64,000 bases of DNA from the human T2T-CHM13v2.0 reference genome, Homo sapiens: assembly GCF_009914755.1 (NCBI RefSeq), contig NC_060941.1. One strand, 5' to 3'. The notes under the pieces are model-generated. The model was not told the origin of the DNA. It did no database searches and saw only the letters and a program-made list of their open reading frames with translations. Positions 20,395 to 44,800 of this stretch are shown here, piece by piece; the first letter of the stretch is position 1, and each line of letters opens with the position of its first letter. Made by a program: the position numbers and the translations under genes.

Positions 20395-21400
20395 CAACCG
20401 GAATACTACTGAGCAATAAAAAGGAGTGAACAGTTGTCCCTCGGCATCTGCAGGGTATTGGCTCCAGGACCCCCTGCCGACACCAAAGTCCACAGATGCT
20501 GAAGTCTTTTCTATGAAATGACATAATGTTTGTATATAGCCTCAGGTATGCTTTAAATACCTAATACAGTGTAAATGGTATGTAAATAATTATACTGTAT
20601 TTTAAATTTTCTACTGTTTTTGTTGTCTTACAGTTATTTTATATATTTCATTTTTTTCAAGTATTCTCCATCCATGTTTAGTTGAATCCATGGATGAGGA
20701 ACCTGCAGATCTGGAGGGCCAGCTGTAGTGATGGGTGCAGCAACATGGATGGTAGCATAATTTCAAAAAATAATATGATAAGTGAGGCCAGGTGAGGTGG
20801 CTCACACGTGTAATCCTAGCACTTTGGGAAGCCAAGGCGGGCGGATCACTTGAGGTCAGGACTTCGAAACCAGCCTGGCCAACATGGTGAAACCTCGTCT
20901 CTACTAAAAATACAAAACTTAGCCAGGCGTGGTGGCAGGTGCCTGTAATCCCAGCTACTCAGGAGGCTGAGGCAGGAGAATCACTTGAACCTGGGAGGTG
21001 GAGGTTGCAGTGAGTCTAGGTCATGCCGCTGCACTGCAGCCTGGGCAACAGTGAGACTCCATCTCAAAAAAGAAAAAATTATGCTAAGTGAAAGAAGTCA
21101 AATACAAGAGGCTACATGCTATATGATTTCATTTATAAGATATTCTGGAAAAGGCAAAACTATAGGAAATCAGATTAGTAGCTAACAGGGGCTGATGGTG
21201 GGAGGAGGTGATTGACTACAAAGGGACACGAGGGACCTTTTTGAGGTGACAGAAATGCTTTATATTGGGAATGTGGTGGTGGTTATGTAACTATACATTT
21301 GTCAAAACTCATCAAATTGTACACTTAAAAAGGGTGAATGTTAGTATATGAAAATTATATCTCAATAAACCTGACTTAAGAAAATAATAAAACAAACCTA
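20395..21400 (+). mobile_element. L1M 3' fragment interrupted by MER2 (20431-20725) and AluS (20785-21078)
   Basis: MER2 ends CAGTTGTCCCTCGG..GAGGGCCAGCTG; L1 motifs GCTAAGTGAAAGAAG, TTTGTCAAAACTCATC, TTATATCTCAATAAA. Confidence 0.8.
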
Positions 21401-21444
21401 AAAACGCAACAAGGTGAAAATAAGTCTAAGAAAAAAATAACTTA

Positions 21445-21588
<144 letters not shown>

Positions 21589-22111
21589 TCAAGGACATGT
21601 GATTACTTCAATTTTGGCTTCCCTATAAAACAAGCCAGTTCAACAGTTTATTTGCCGCAAAATTCCAGAGAGCTCTTATTAAAGAAATTAAAGTTGATTT
21701 GCATCATCAAATTAATGATATTCAAGAGTAGGTCTTACACTGTTTTTTTTTTTTTTTTTACCATTATCTTACTTCTCAGTTTCATATTGCATTCACCCAT
21801 CTTGAATATTTACTCTTTTCTTCCTTTTTAGAATAATGAACACCTTTTCCCCTTTGCTTTCTTGGTTAAGTAATATTCCTCCATGTGTCTACATGTTCCA
21901 AATCTATATGGGTTCTTCAACACTGTTCTCTTTCCCCTGCTGGCTATCTTGACCATTACACATCCTTTCCTTTGCCAATAATGTTTTTCAATAACTCAGT
22001 TAAAATTTAAATTATGACATTTTAGCCTAAATGCAAAATACTTAATCTTTGATGAAAAATTTAAAAAGAGTATAAATCATCTCATGACTCCCAAGAGTAC
22101 TATAGTACTTA

Positions 22112-22246
<135 letters not shown>

Positions 22247-22551
22247 TTACATTCATTTTTTGGTATGGAACTTGTGGGTAAAAAAAAAAATCATTTTCTG
22301 TTTTTACCTAATAAATCAACATTAGACTCTGTAAAGCATTATTCCTTCGGGAACTACCTAGATCTCTAGGAGATAAAGTAGAGGAGAGAAAGAGGGGGAA
22401 AAATAGGGAAAAAAAAGTGGATAGCAAAGAAACAATATGCCACAGAACTTTTCAGGTCGAAAACCCTAGAAGTGACTATGTTGGTAGGAAGCCCTGATTC
22501 TGTAGGAAACACTATTTCTAGTGTCCTCCATAATTCAAGTTGCTCATCTTC

Positions 22552-22850
<299 letters not shown>

Positions 22851-23029
22851 GCTTGCCTTTTATCTTTATAAAGTTATTAAAATTTATGGTTTAATTTGCA
22901 AAGTTAAGAAAAAAAAATAGGACCAATTCTTTTGCTTTATAGCCAAAGAAAAAGGGATAAATCTAAGAGGAGGAACTGGTCAAAACCATACTCCCATCAC
23001 ATACTCCCACTTGTCTTCTTGTATGACAT

Positions 23030-23600
23030 CATAGCCTTTGTTACATTGCATGTAATCACCTGTCTACTTGTCAGTCTCCTGGACTATCAGCTCCCTGAGG
23101 GCAGAGACCACATCTTATTGTCATTGTCATCCCTGTGCCTGGCATGATGTCTGAAATTTACCAGACATTTAATAAATGTTTATTGAATAAACAAATGACA
23201 TTTTATTTGTATGTCAATAAAATGAATAAATTCTTTTTGATGCAAATTTTTATTCCAAAATGCTGGAATCAATTTTCTTTTTAATTCTTTAAAGTGAACA
23301 AGGAAAAGAAAAGAAACAGGAAGAAATAAAAGAAAATCTGCCTTTAGGTTAACCCAAGAATCATCACCATACTTTTGCAGAAATTATAAAAATAATAATT
23401 ATTACAGTGAGTATCTATTGGGCTGCTAGGTATTTGTGATCAGCATTTCACATTTAATCCTCACAATGCCTTATGGGCTAGATATTATCATTGCCCTATT
23501 TTATAAATGAGGAAACTGAGGCACAGAGAGGTTACATAACGTCCTACATCACCAAGCTATTAAGAAGCAAAGCTGTAATTTGAAGTCATGTGTTTTAATC
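23030..23600. mobile_element. L2 3' fragment (~23030-23200) and MIR (~23400-23600)
   Basis: CTCCCTGAGGGCAGAGACC..AATAAATGTTTATTGAATAAA; ATTTTATAAATGAGGAAACTGAGGCACAGAGAGGTTA. Confidence 0.75.
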
Positions 23601-23639
23601 TGTATGAAGAAAAAGGGTTTACTTTAACCTTATGGTTTT

Positions 23640-23793
23640 TTAATTTTTATTTTATTTCTCTTTCTTTCTTTCTTTTTCTTTCCTTCTTTCTTTCTATTTC
23701 CCTCCCTCCCTCCTTCTTTCCCTTTCTTCCTCCCTTCCCTCCCTCCCTCTCTTCCTTCCTTCCTGCCTCCCTCCCTCCCTCCCTTTTCTTTTC
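23640..23793 (+). repeat. Pyrimidine microsatellite (TTTC/CCCT/CCTT), left part
   Basis: Direct inspection. Confidence 0.95.
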
Positions 23794-26024
23794 TTTTTTT
23801 TTTTTTTTTTTTTGACAGGAAATGGCACTTTAATAGTTGGGGCCAGGGTGACAGGACCAAGATGGGGCTAGCCTGTGTCAGTCAGGAAGCCTCCCTCTCC
23901 TGCTGGGATAGGGCCTTGCGGCAGCTCCTCCTCCCCGCTGAGGTCCTAGGCCTGCCACAGGCTAGCATGCCAGTGAGGTCGGTGGCAGGAGCCACCCAGA
24001 AGCCCCGCAGATGACAGAGCTGAGAACAGGGACTTCACTTCCACGTGTTGCCATTTCCTCACTGGAAAGTCCTTGGGAGGTGGCTGGGCTCAGCCTGAGC
24101 TCAGGGTTCTTCGGTGGGTGTTGGGACGGGGCAGGGCGGGCACTTGCAGGTGGCACAGGCTTCATCAAGGCAGGACATGGGCTTCATCAAGGCAGGAGCC
24201 AGAGCACCCGAGCCCTGGCAGGGGAGGTATGGCCCAGGATGGGGCAGGGCCGTGTGCTCCTGGAACGGACATCCTTCTCTGCCAGAGACCTGCTCCCCAA
24301 GCCCTGTCCCTCCCAATCCCCAGGCAGCCCACTCTGCCCTCCATAGATGAATCTAATCCCATATATTACAATAAACTGCATTTGCCTCTCCCCATTGCCC
24401 CACCCTCCCCTACCCTGAGCCAGCGGCCCCCACTTCCTCATCCCCTGGCGGTGGCAGGTGCCCCTCCTCAAGCAGTGCCACATCCTGTCAGCAGCCAGCT
24501 GTCCTGGCACTGGCCTGAGGGCCGGGGGACGCAGAGGGCGGGGCTGCGCGGCTACTCCAGGTAGATATCTTCTGTGGGGCAGGTGTACTCCACAAACTGC
24601 TTGTGAAACTGCTGGAATGCTCTCCCCACGGACTCTGCCAGGGCTTTGGTGGAGTCTTCAGACACAAAGACGTGGCAGGCAAACCGGTGGTCGGCGAGGT
24701 GCTTGGTGATGAACCCAAAGTACTTGTTGTTCTTTGGATGATATCCGCGGAAAGAGATGTTTTTTAACTGGAAAAAGTGGCTACATTTATTCCCCTTGGC
24801 CTCCTGGGAGTCATCGGCCTTGACACCTATCTTCACACCCCGCACGCTGATCTCCAGGACACAGCTGGAGGGCGGGTTAAAGTGCACGGTTAGCCGGCGG
24901 GTGGTGGCAATCTTTTGCATAGCGGCAGAGAGGACGACATCGCCCTTGTGATAGGGAACCTGGACTGAGCCCAGGAACTTCACCCGGAACTGGTCCACCC
25001 AGTCACTGTTTTTAGCCAGGGCTGCCATGTGCTCGGGCTCCTTGGTGACTTCGATGGCGTAATAGGCAGTAAAGAAGCCCCGGGCACCAGTGCGCATGTT
25101 GTAGGCCTCGTACCAGTAGTCTTCAGCCTGGAGCTCCACTAGCAGAGGGTCATCCACTTCCAGCTCAGGTTCGTCTTCGTGTCGAGGCACAAACCTGAAT
25201 ATGGTCCGGTGGGTCTGCTCCTGCTCCTCCCGGTTGATGATGCAGGAGAACAGCCCGAAGGACTCGGCACTGGAGGAGCGGGAGCGGCCACTCATGAAGA
25301 TGTTCAGGAACTTCTTGGAGAAATGGACGTCGGGTTCGTCAGGCGTGGAGTCCTTGGAGAGGCAGGCAGGAGGCTGGGGCCGGGAGGCCTCCTCATATTC
25401 CTCTCCGATGGCTGACTCATAGGGCGAGGAGACGGAGGCACAGTTGTCATAGACGATGGCCGAGTCACTCTCGTCACTGTAGTCTCCGAAGCACGGCCGC
25501 AGGCTCACCGGCTCCAGCTGCGCGTGCTCATCTACCAGCAGCGTGGGCTGTTGGTGGAGGTGCCTCGATCTGTGGTGGGGGCGGGGCTGCTCTGGGGGGG
25601 CAGCTCATCGCTCAGGCAAATGGGTTCATGCGGTGGTGTCTGCTCCCCTGTCTTCAGGGGTGAGGATGATCGAGACACCCGATCCTGCCAACTGTACTTT
25701 TTGCCCAGAGAATTATTATTCAGTGTGTCCTGAGACAACTGCACCTGCGGAAAGAGGTTGAGCGTGGTGGGCCGCTTGGGCCGGTACGTGTCCCCGCTGC
25801 CCGGGCCCTGGCTCTGGCCTTGGCTCTGGCCCTGGCCGCGGGACGCCGGCTCCTGGCCGGACTCGGCCTTGGGCGGCCCCGCTCCCGGCCGCCGGGCCGC
25901 GCGCTCCTCGTCGTCGTCCTCCTCGTCGTCCTCGGCCCCGGGAGTGTCCCCCGTCGCGTCGATCAGGTCCATCTGCAGCATCTCGGCCTGCAACCGGCTC
26001 CCCGCGCCGCCGCCACCCGCAGAG
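23794..26024 (-). pseudogene. MAPK8IP1P2: MAPK8IP1 (JIP1) processed pseudogene, 5'-truncated and internally deleted
   Basis: Intronless JIP1 sequence ([27 protein letters not shown]..; SH3, PTB, C-terminal [10 protein letters not shown] at 24552); ATTAAA 23834-23829; poly-A (poly-T on + strand to 23813); TSD CCCTCCCTTTTCTTTTC at 23777-23793 and 26025-26041. Confidence 0.95.
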
Positions 26025-26437
26025 CCCTCCCTTTTCTTTTCTTTTTTCTTTTCTTTTCTTCTTTCTTTCTTTATTCTCTTCATGTCCCTTCCTCCCTCCT
26101 TCTTTCCCTTTCTTCCATCCTTCCCTCCCTCCTTCCTTCCTCCCTCCTTTTCTTCTTTCTTTTTTCTTTCTTTCTTTTTTCTTTCTTTCCTTCATTTCCC
26201 TCCCTCCCTCCTTCTTTCCCTTTCTTCGTTCCTTCCTCCCTCCTTTTCTTCTTTCTTTCTTTCCTTCCTTCTTCTTTCTTTTCTTCCTCTCCCTCCCTTT
26301 CCCTTCTTCCCTCCTTCTTTTCCTTCCTTCCCTCCCCTTCCTTCTTTCTCTCTCTTTTTCTCTCTCTTTTCTTTCACTCTTTTCGCCTTCCTTCCTTTTT
26401 TCCTTCCTTCCCTCCCTCCCTCCTCTTTCTCTCTCTC
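26025..26437 (+). repeat. Pyrimidine microsatellite, right part
   Basis: ~410 bp of almost pure C/T. Confidence 0.95.
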
Positions 26438-26679
26438 GCAAAAAAAGAGTAAGCAGACATAATATCAATATATTCATTTACCTCAAGGACTGAGAATAAT
26501 GAATTTAGTTCATGCAACTATGATTCTTCTTGTCATTTATTCAAGAAACTTTGAGATTCATTCCCATTATAGCTAAACACTCTTGACACTGGGAATATAA
26601 AGATAAATAACTCACAGTCCCCACCCTCAAAGGTTTATAATAGAGTAGGAGAAGGGAAACAGTAAACAAAAGTTTGAAG

Positions 26680-26893
26680 TGTGATATAGTGAAATATATA
26701 TATTTGGTCTTTGACCTCATTTCCTCGTATACACTTAGAATCTCCAAAGTGATATCTTCTTGTATGCAAACAAATTGACTGGTAGCTTCAGGATGGGGGC
26801 TGGCGGCAAAAGACCAAAGCAGGATTAGAGGGTTGGGACTTTTCTTCCCCACCCCCCAACCTCCCAGGAGGTGAGAGGAGCTGAAGATTAAGT
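26680..26893 (+). mobile_element. MER21-like LTR fragment
   Basis: TGTGATATAGTG..AGCTTCAGGATGGGGGCTGG..GATTAGAGGGTTGGGACTTT. Confidence 0.7.
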
Positions 26894-26975
26894 TCAGGGA
26901 CAGAAAAAGCTGCCCTTGAAAATTCAAGGCCTTGAAAATGCAGAATTAAGTTTGAATATGAAAGGGAATAATAGA

Positions 26976-28866
<1,891 letters not shown>

Positions 28867-29145
28867 TTTATTTTTTATTTTTTATTTTTAATCTGTCTTG
28901 ATTTTGCTTCCTTCCTAAACAGTTTTGGCTTCGTGATCACGTAAACCAAGAGTCACAAACTGAAATGCCATCAAGGGGCCAAGCAGGTAACAAAATTCAA
29001 GTCATACAGGTTCAATGTCTTAGTCACCCCAGGCTACAACAGAATATCATAGACTGGGTAGCCTAATAATACAGATCATTTTCTCAGGGTTCTAGAGGCT
29101 AGAAAGTCCAAGATCGAGATTCCCAAAGGGTTAAGTTTCTGGTGT

Positions 29146-30248
<1,103 letters not shown>

Positions 30249-30405
30249 GCGTGGGCTTTATTACCTGGCTTGCCTTCTTGAAGTAGCTTCATGTGGCAGA
30301 GAGAAAGCTAGGGAGCTCTCTGGGTTCTCGTCTCATAAAGACACTAATTCTATTAGATCAGTGCCCAGCTTTATGACCTCATTTGACCTTAATTACTTCC
30401 CATAA

Positions 30406-31038
<633 letters not shown>

Positions 31039-31039
31039 C

Positions 31040-37237
<6,198 letters not shown>

Positions 37238-37861
37238 GACTTGTGGTCTTTTGAGATTATTTCTGATGTCCCATAGACATTTCAAAAGCAAAATGTCAAA
37301 AGCTACACTTGCCTCTCAAACCTTCATTCTCTCTGTGTGATAGGCACCCTCCTTCCCATCTTCCTTCGCTTCCATGGGTCACTCAAAGCTGAAGACCTGC
37401 AAGCCATCTCAGGATCCTGTCCTGTATCCCATCAACACTCATCACACCCTCTCAATTCTGGCTCCTAAATACCCCTTGGATTTGGCCTCTCCTCCCCGTT
37501 CCCCACTGGCATTGTTTTATTTCAGGTCTTTATGATTTCTTGCCTGGGTTTCTGCAGCAGCCTCCTAACTGCTCTCCCTGACTCCAGTCTTGCCCTCTCT
37601 GTTTCATTTTTCATATTGCACACAGGGTGATTTTTCTAAAATGTAAATGTGACCACATCTCTTGCAGGCTTAAAACCTCTCAAAGGTTCTTCACCTCCTC
37701 AAGGCTGCAGCACACACCTCCCAGCACAGCTCTGCAAGTTGACCCCGCCCTTCTTCTCCATCGGTGGTTCTCAGAGTGTAGCCCTAAGAGCAGCAGCACT
37801 CTGACCCGCTCCATCAAGATCTCTAGGCTTGGAGCTTGCGAGACTATGTAAACAAGGCCAG

Positions 37862-38512
<651 letters not shown>

Positions 38513-39096
38513 AACAAGGCCAGTTTTTATGCACATTTAAGTTTGAGAACCACATTGCAGTTAATCTCATCTGGTTTCCTTTCTTGAACTCCATGCTTTA
38601 GCCTCATTGAACCATCAGTTTCTGGAAAATGGTATATTATCCCTCACCTTCTATAATTTGCACATGCTATTCTCTGCCCTTATCCCATGGCAATGGCTTT
38701 GTCTGCTTTTATCCATATTCCCCACCTCTGTGGAAACTGGAAGGCAGGGTCACCACCTTATTCATCTTTACATCTTTAGGGTCTTGGACCTGACATACAG
38801 TAGGTGCTCAATAACTATTTTATTTCTCTCTCTCTCTCTTTTTTTTTTAGAGAAGGGGTCTCACTCTGTCACCTAGGCTGGAGTGCAGTGGCTCAATCAT
38901 GGCTCACCTCCCCCTCAACCTCCTGGGCTCAAGCAATCCTCCTGCCTCAGCCTCCCAAGTAGCTGAGACTACAGGCACTCACCACCATGGCCAGCTAATT
39001 TTTAATTTTTTTGTAGAGATGGGGGTCTTGTTATGTTGCCCTGGCTGGTCTCCAAATATTGGCCTTAAGTGATCCTTCCACCTCAGCCTCCCAAAA

Positions 39097-39338
39097 GCGC
39101 CACTGCACTACAGCCTGGGCGACAGAGTAAGATTCCATCTCAAAAAATAAAAATAAAGATAATACACACACACATATACACATACACCTCTTTATTTCTT
39201 CAGCGAGACCTGAAGATATATATGCATAATATAAGAACAGGATGCTATAAAAAATGAACAATAAGAAAACAAGGAAAACTATTATAAATTAGAAATATGA
39301 TAACCAAGGCTGGGTGCGGTGGCTCACGCCTGTAATCT
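39097..39338 (+). repeat. 242-bp local copy of 35302-35543 inserted in an antisense AluJ (38840-39367)
   Basis: Gap-free manual alignment, about 16 mismatches, includes non-Alu sequence. Confidence 0.92.
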
Positions 39339-40054
39339 ATTACAGGCGTGAGCCAGTGAGCCTGGCCATTCAATAACTATTTTCTTAATGAACATTGAGG
39401 GTGAGATGAGCAGAAACGTAACTGCTAAAAGCAGGCAACATTCAGCTACCAGGATTTATGAGGGAGAACACAGTAAACTGTGCTATTACTTAGGAATACC
39501 TAGAGTCAATGTACATTTATTTTCATTTTACTCTAGCCCCACTGGTGATCTCTGCCCAGTAATCTAACTAAATTGATGACAGTGGGAATAAAAGGAAATC
39601 ATAGATATGTATTATTGTAAAGGAAAAGAAATGCAAATGAATGGGTACAGGGACAGTCTATACAATTGAAGATCTCATCTCTTCATATATATATATATAT
39701 TTTTTTTTCTTTTTTTTTTCAAGACAGGATCTTAGCACCTACTATTTGCAAGACTCCCCCTATGTTAACCTTTACAGCAACTCTCGGATGGATGTTTTAT
39801 TATTGAGAGAACTGAGAGACAGAGGTCATTAAATATTTGTCCAAGATCCTACAGCTGCAACATGGTAAATCCACTGCTATTGGAACTTCCTGTTAAGTGA
39901 GTTCCATGGCCCCAAACTGCATTCCCACCCATGTTGCTCACAGATTGGTCACAATGTGGCTCACAGTCATAGGCACAGGTGAATGGAACAACCATTATTT
40001 TCGATAATGATTCTGGGGTATCATCTTTGACTCAAAAACGCAAACTGTTATTAT

Positions 40055-40108
40055 TATCTATGCAGTCTACAGCCCTCTGCTCTACCAGCTGAGCTATCGA
40101 AGAGTGCA
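40055..40108 (-). pseudogene. Retroposed 5' fragment of pre-tRNA-Tyr(GTA)
   Basis: Minus strand TCTTCGATAGCTCAGCTGGTAGAGCAGAGGGCTGTAG (40103-40067) vs tRNA-Tyr 5' exon CCTTCGATAGCTCAGCTGGTAGAGCGGAGGACTGTAG; flanking repeat CAA(A/G)CTGTTATTAT. Confidence 0.88.
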
Positions 40109-40131
40109 CAAGCTGTTATTATATCACAAGA

Positions 40132-42909
<2,778 letters not shown>

Positions 42910-43749
42910 TAGTTTTATTATTCTATTTTCCACAGACCCTTCCTCCCTTAATTTTCATGCCTCTTTAATATTGTTTCTTTTACCTCACTGACATTCTTTT
43001 TCGTCCTCCTACCTTTTACTGTGGGTGTCTTATTACCCTTCTTTGGGAGTTTATCCTTTAGCATGTCATAGATCACTATCTTTAGGCAGAGGACCCTGCA
43101 TCTTCTCTAGTCCTGATTGTCTACCCTTTCTCAAGTTCCATAACTTCAGTTGCCTCTGGGACACCTTCACTGGGTTTTACAAAACCCTGTTACCGGGAAC
43201 TGAACATATTAAAAGCTAAGATTCCTCCCCAAATCTGCATGTTGCGCCAATTTTCCTGCCCAATTATCTTGTCTGTCCCCTGGTTTTGCGACCTTATTTA
43301 AACATTTAAATCCTTTTCTTTAAATTGGAATCTTGATGAGTGGTGCAAAAATCAATGGATACAAATGATATGCCGAGATATGTAAGTCTTCCGCCCACTG
43401 GTTCCCTAGGCACTCAGTTCCTCTCCCAGGAGGTAACCACTGTTGCCAGCTCTTAGAGTGATTTTTGATTCCTTCTTCTACCGGCTCTATCTCAAGTCCT
43501 TCCCTGTCTGTGAGATGTGTGCCCTTTCCTTTCCAGGCCCTAGTGAACTGATATCTGGTTGAGTTTATATATAAACATTTATATGTGTATATTTTATATA
43601 CATATATAACATCTCTCCCTATGGCCTTCCGGCCTGGAGTTTTCATCACGTCGCTTCCTGGATGAAAGAATCTCGAGGGGTGAGGGGCAGGGGTTGGGGG
43701 TGATGGAGAAGAGAACCTAAAGGGGACTTAGGTAGGGGGTTCAGAGTTG

Positions 43750-44800
43750 CCAACTGGCGTGACGCTCTGTCAGGATTCCTATTCCTATTCCTCCCACCTC
43801 AGGCCCCCTTCTAGTCCTCTCAGCCAAAAGCCTCTCGTTTCCAAGGGCTGAGACAGAGACAGAGACAACGAGATGCACAGAGACAGAGACGCCAAGGCAC
43901 CTGCATCCCTCTTCCCCTTCTGTCCCGCCCCATCGCTCTGACGGACACCATTGCTCAGCCAATGGCGCTCACGATGTGCCCCTGAAGGGCCAATGAGCGC
44001 CAGAGGAGGGCGGAAGATTCCCCGCCCCCACTTCTAGGCTTGGTTGAACCGTGCAGGTAGGTCCGGGGCTGGGGGAGCTGCCTTTGGCACTGGTGCCCCT
44101 GGGGGTGGGGGCACGAGTGGGCCAGGGTGATGGTGAGGTAGAGGAGGTGTCCCTGACCCGACGAGCTCGAGGGAGCGGCCTGGCTGGGAGGCGGGGGGCC
44201 GCGGGGCCCGGGGAGCGGGCGCCGCCGAGGGCCCTGGAAGCGGCGGGGCTGGGGGAGAGGGGACGCGTGTGTGGGGCACGGGGACGCCCGCCCAGCGCCC
44301 ACTCGTAGGCCTGGGACGCGGGCTGCCGGCCGAGTGGCCTGAGGGCCTGGCTGCCCGGGGGGCGGGCCGGGGCCGCGGCCGGGGGCGCGGAGCGGAGCTC
44401 GGGGCGCCAGGCCGAGCCGAGGTGGGACGGACCGACGCGGAGAGGAAGGGAAGCCGCATCCCGCGGGGCGCCCCTCCTGAAGCGAGCCGGGCAGCGGCCG
44501 CGGGCGCCCCTGCCCTGAGCCCACCCCGCGCTCTGCCCTCCCTAACAATGGGAATGGGGCAGAAGGAGGCGCCCCACTGCGGGGAGGTGAGGGGTGGGTT
44601 TGGGACTGGGGTCCGCGGTGGGGGGAGGTGCGATCTCGGGCTCTCGCCTCTCCGCTCCCTCTGGCTCTGGAGTTGGGGGCCCCTGTGGGGCTCTGAAGTC
44701 CGCCTGAGACTTGGGTCAAGAGTCAAACTGTCGCCCCCCGCTCCTCCCCCAAAATCCGGTGAGCGGTAAGGAAAGTGATGCCAAGTCTTCGAAGCCTCAG
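43750..44800 (+). promoter_or_regulatory. CpG-island promoter of the LINC02210/ARF2-remnant transcript
   Basis: High CpG density; two CCAAT boxes (43959, 43990); GC boxes; first-exon donor CAG|GTAGGT at 44056/44057. Confidence 0.88.

Noticed and set aside
24158-24198. Repeat GGCTTCATCAAGGCAGGA x2 in the JIP1 3' UTR copy
   Set aside because: May be inherited from the parental UTR; cannot be assessed without alignment
25716-26477. 253-aa K/E/R-rich ORF and 210-234-aa F/S/L/P-rich ORFs
   Set aside because: Microsatellite translation, out of frame with or antisense to JIP1
40067-40103. Functional tRNA-Tyr gene
   Set aside because: No 3' exon, T-arm or B box; cannot fold into a cloverleaf
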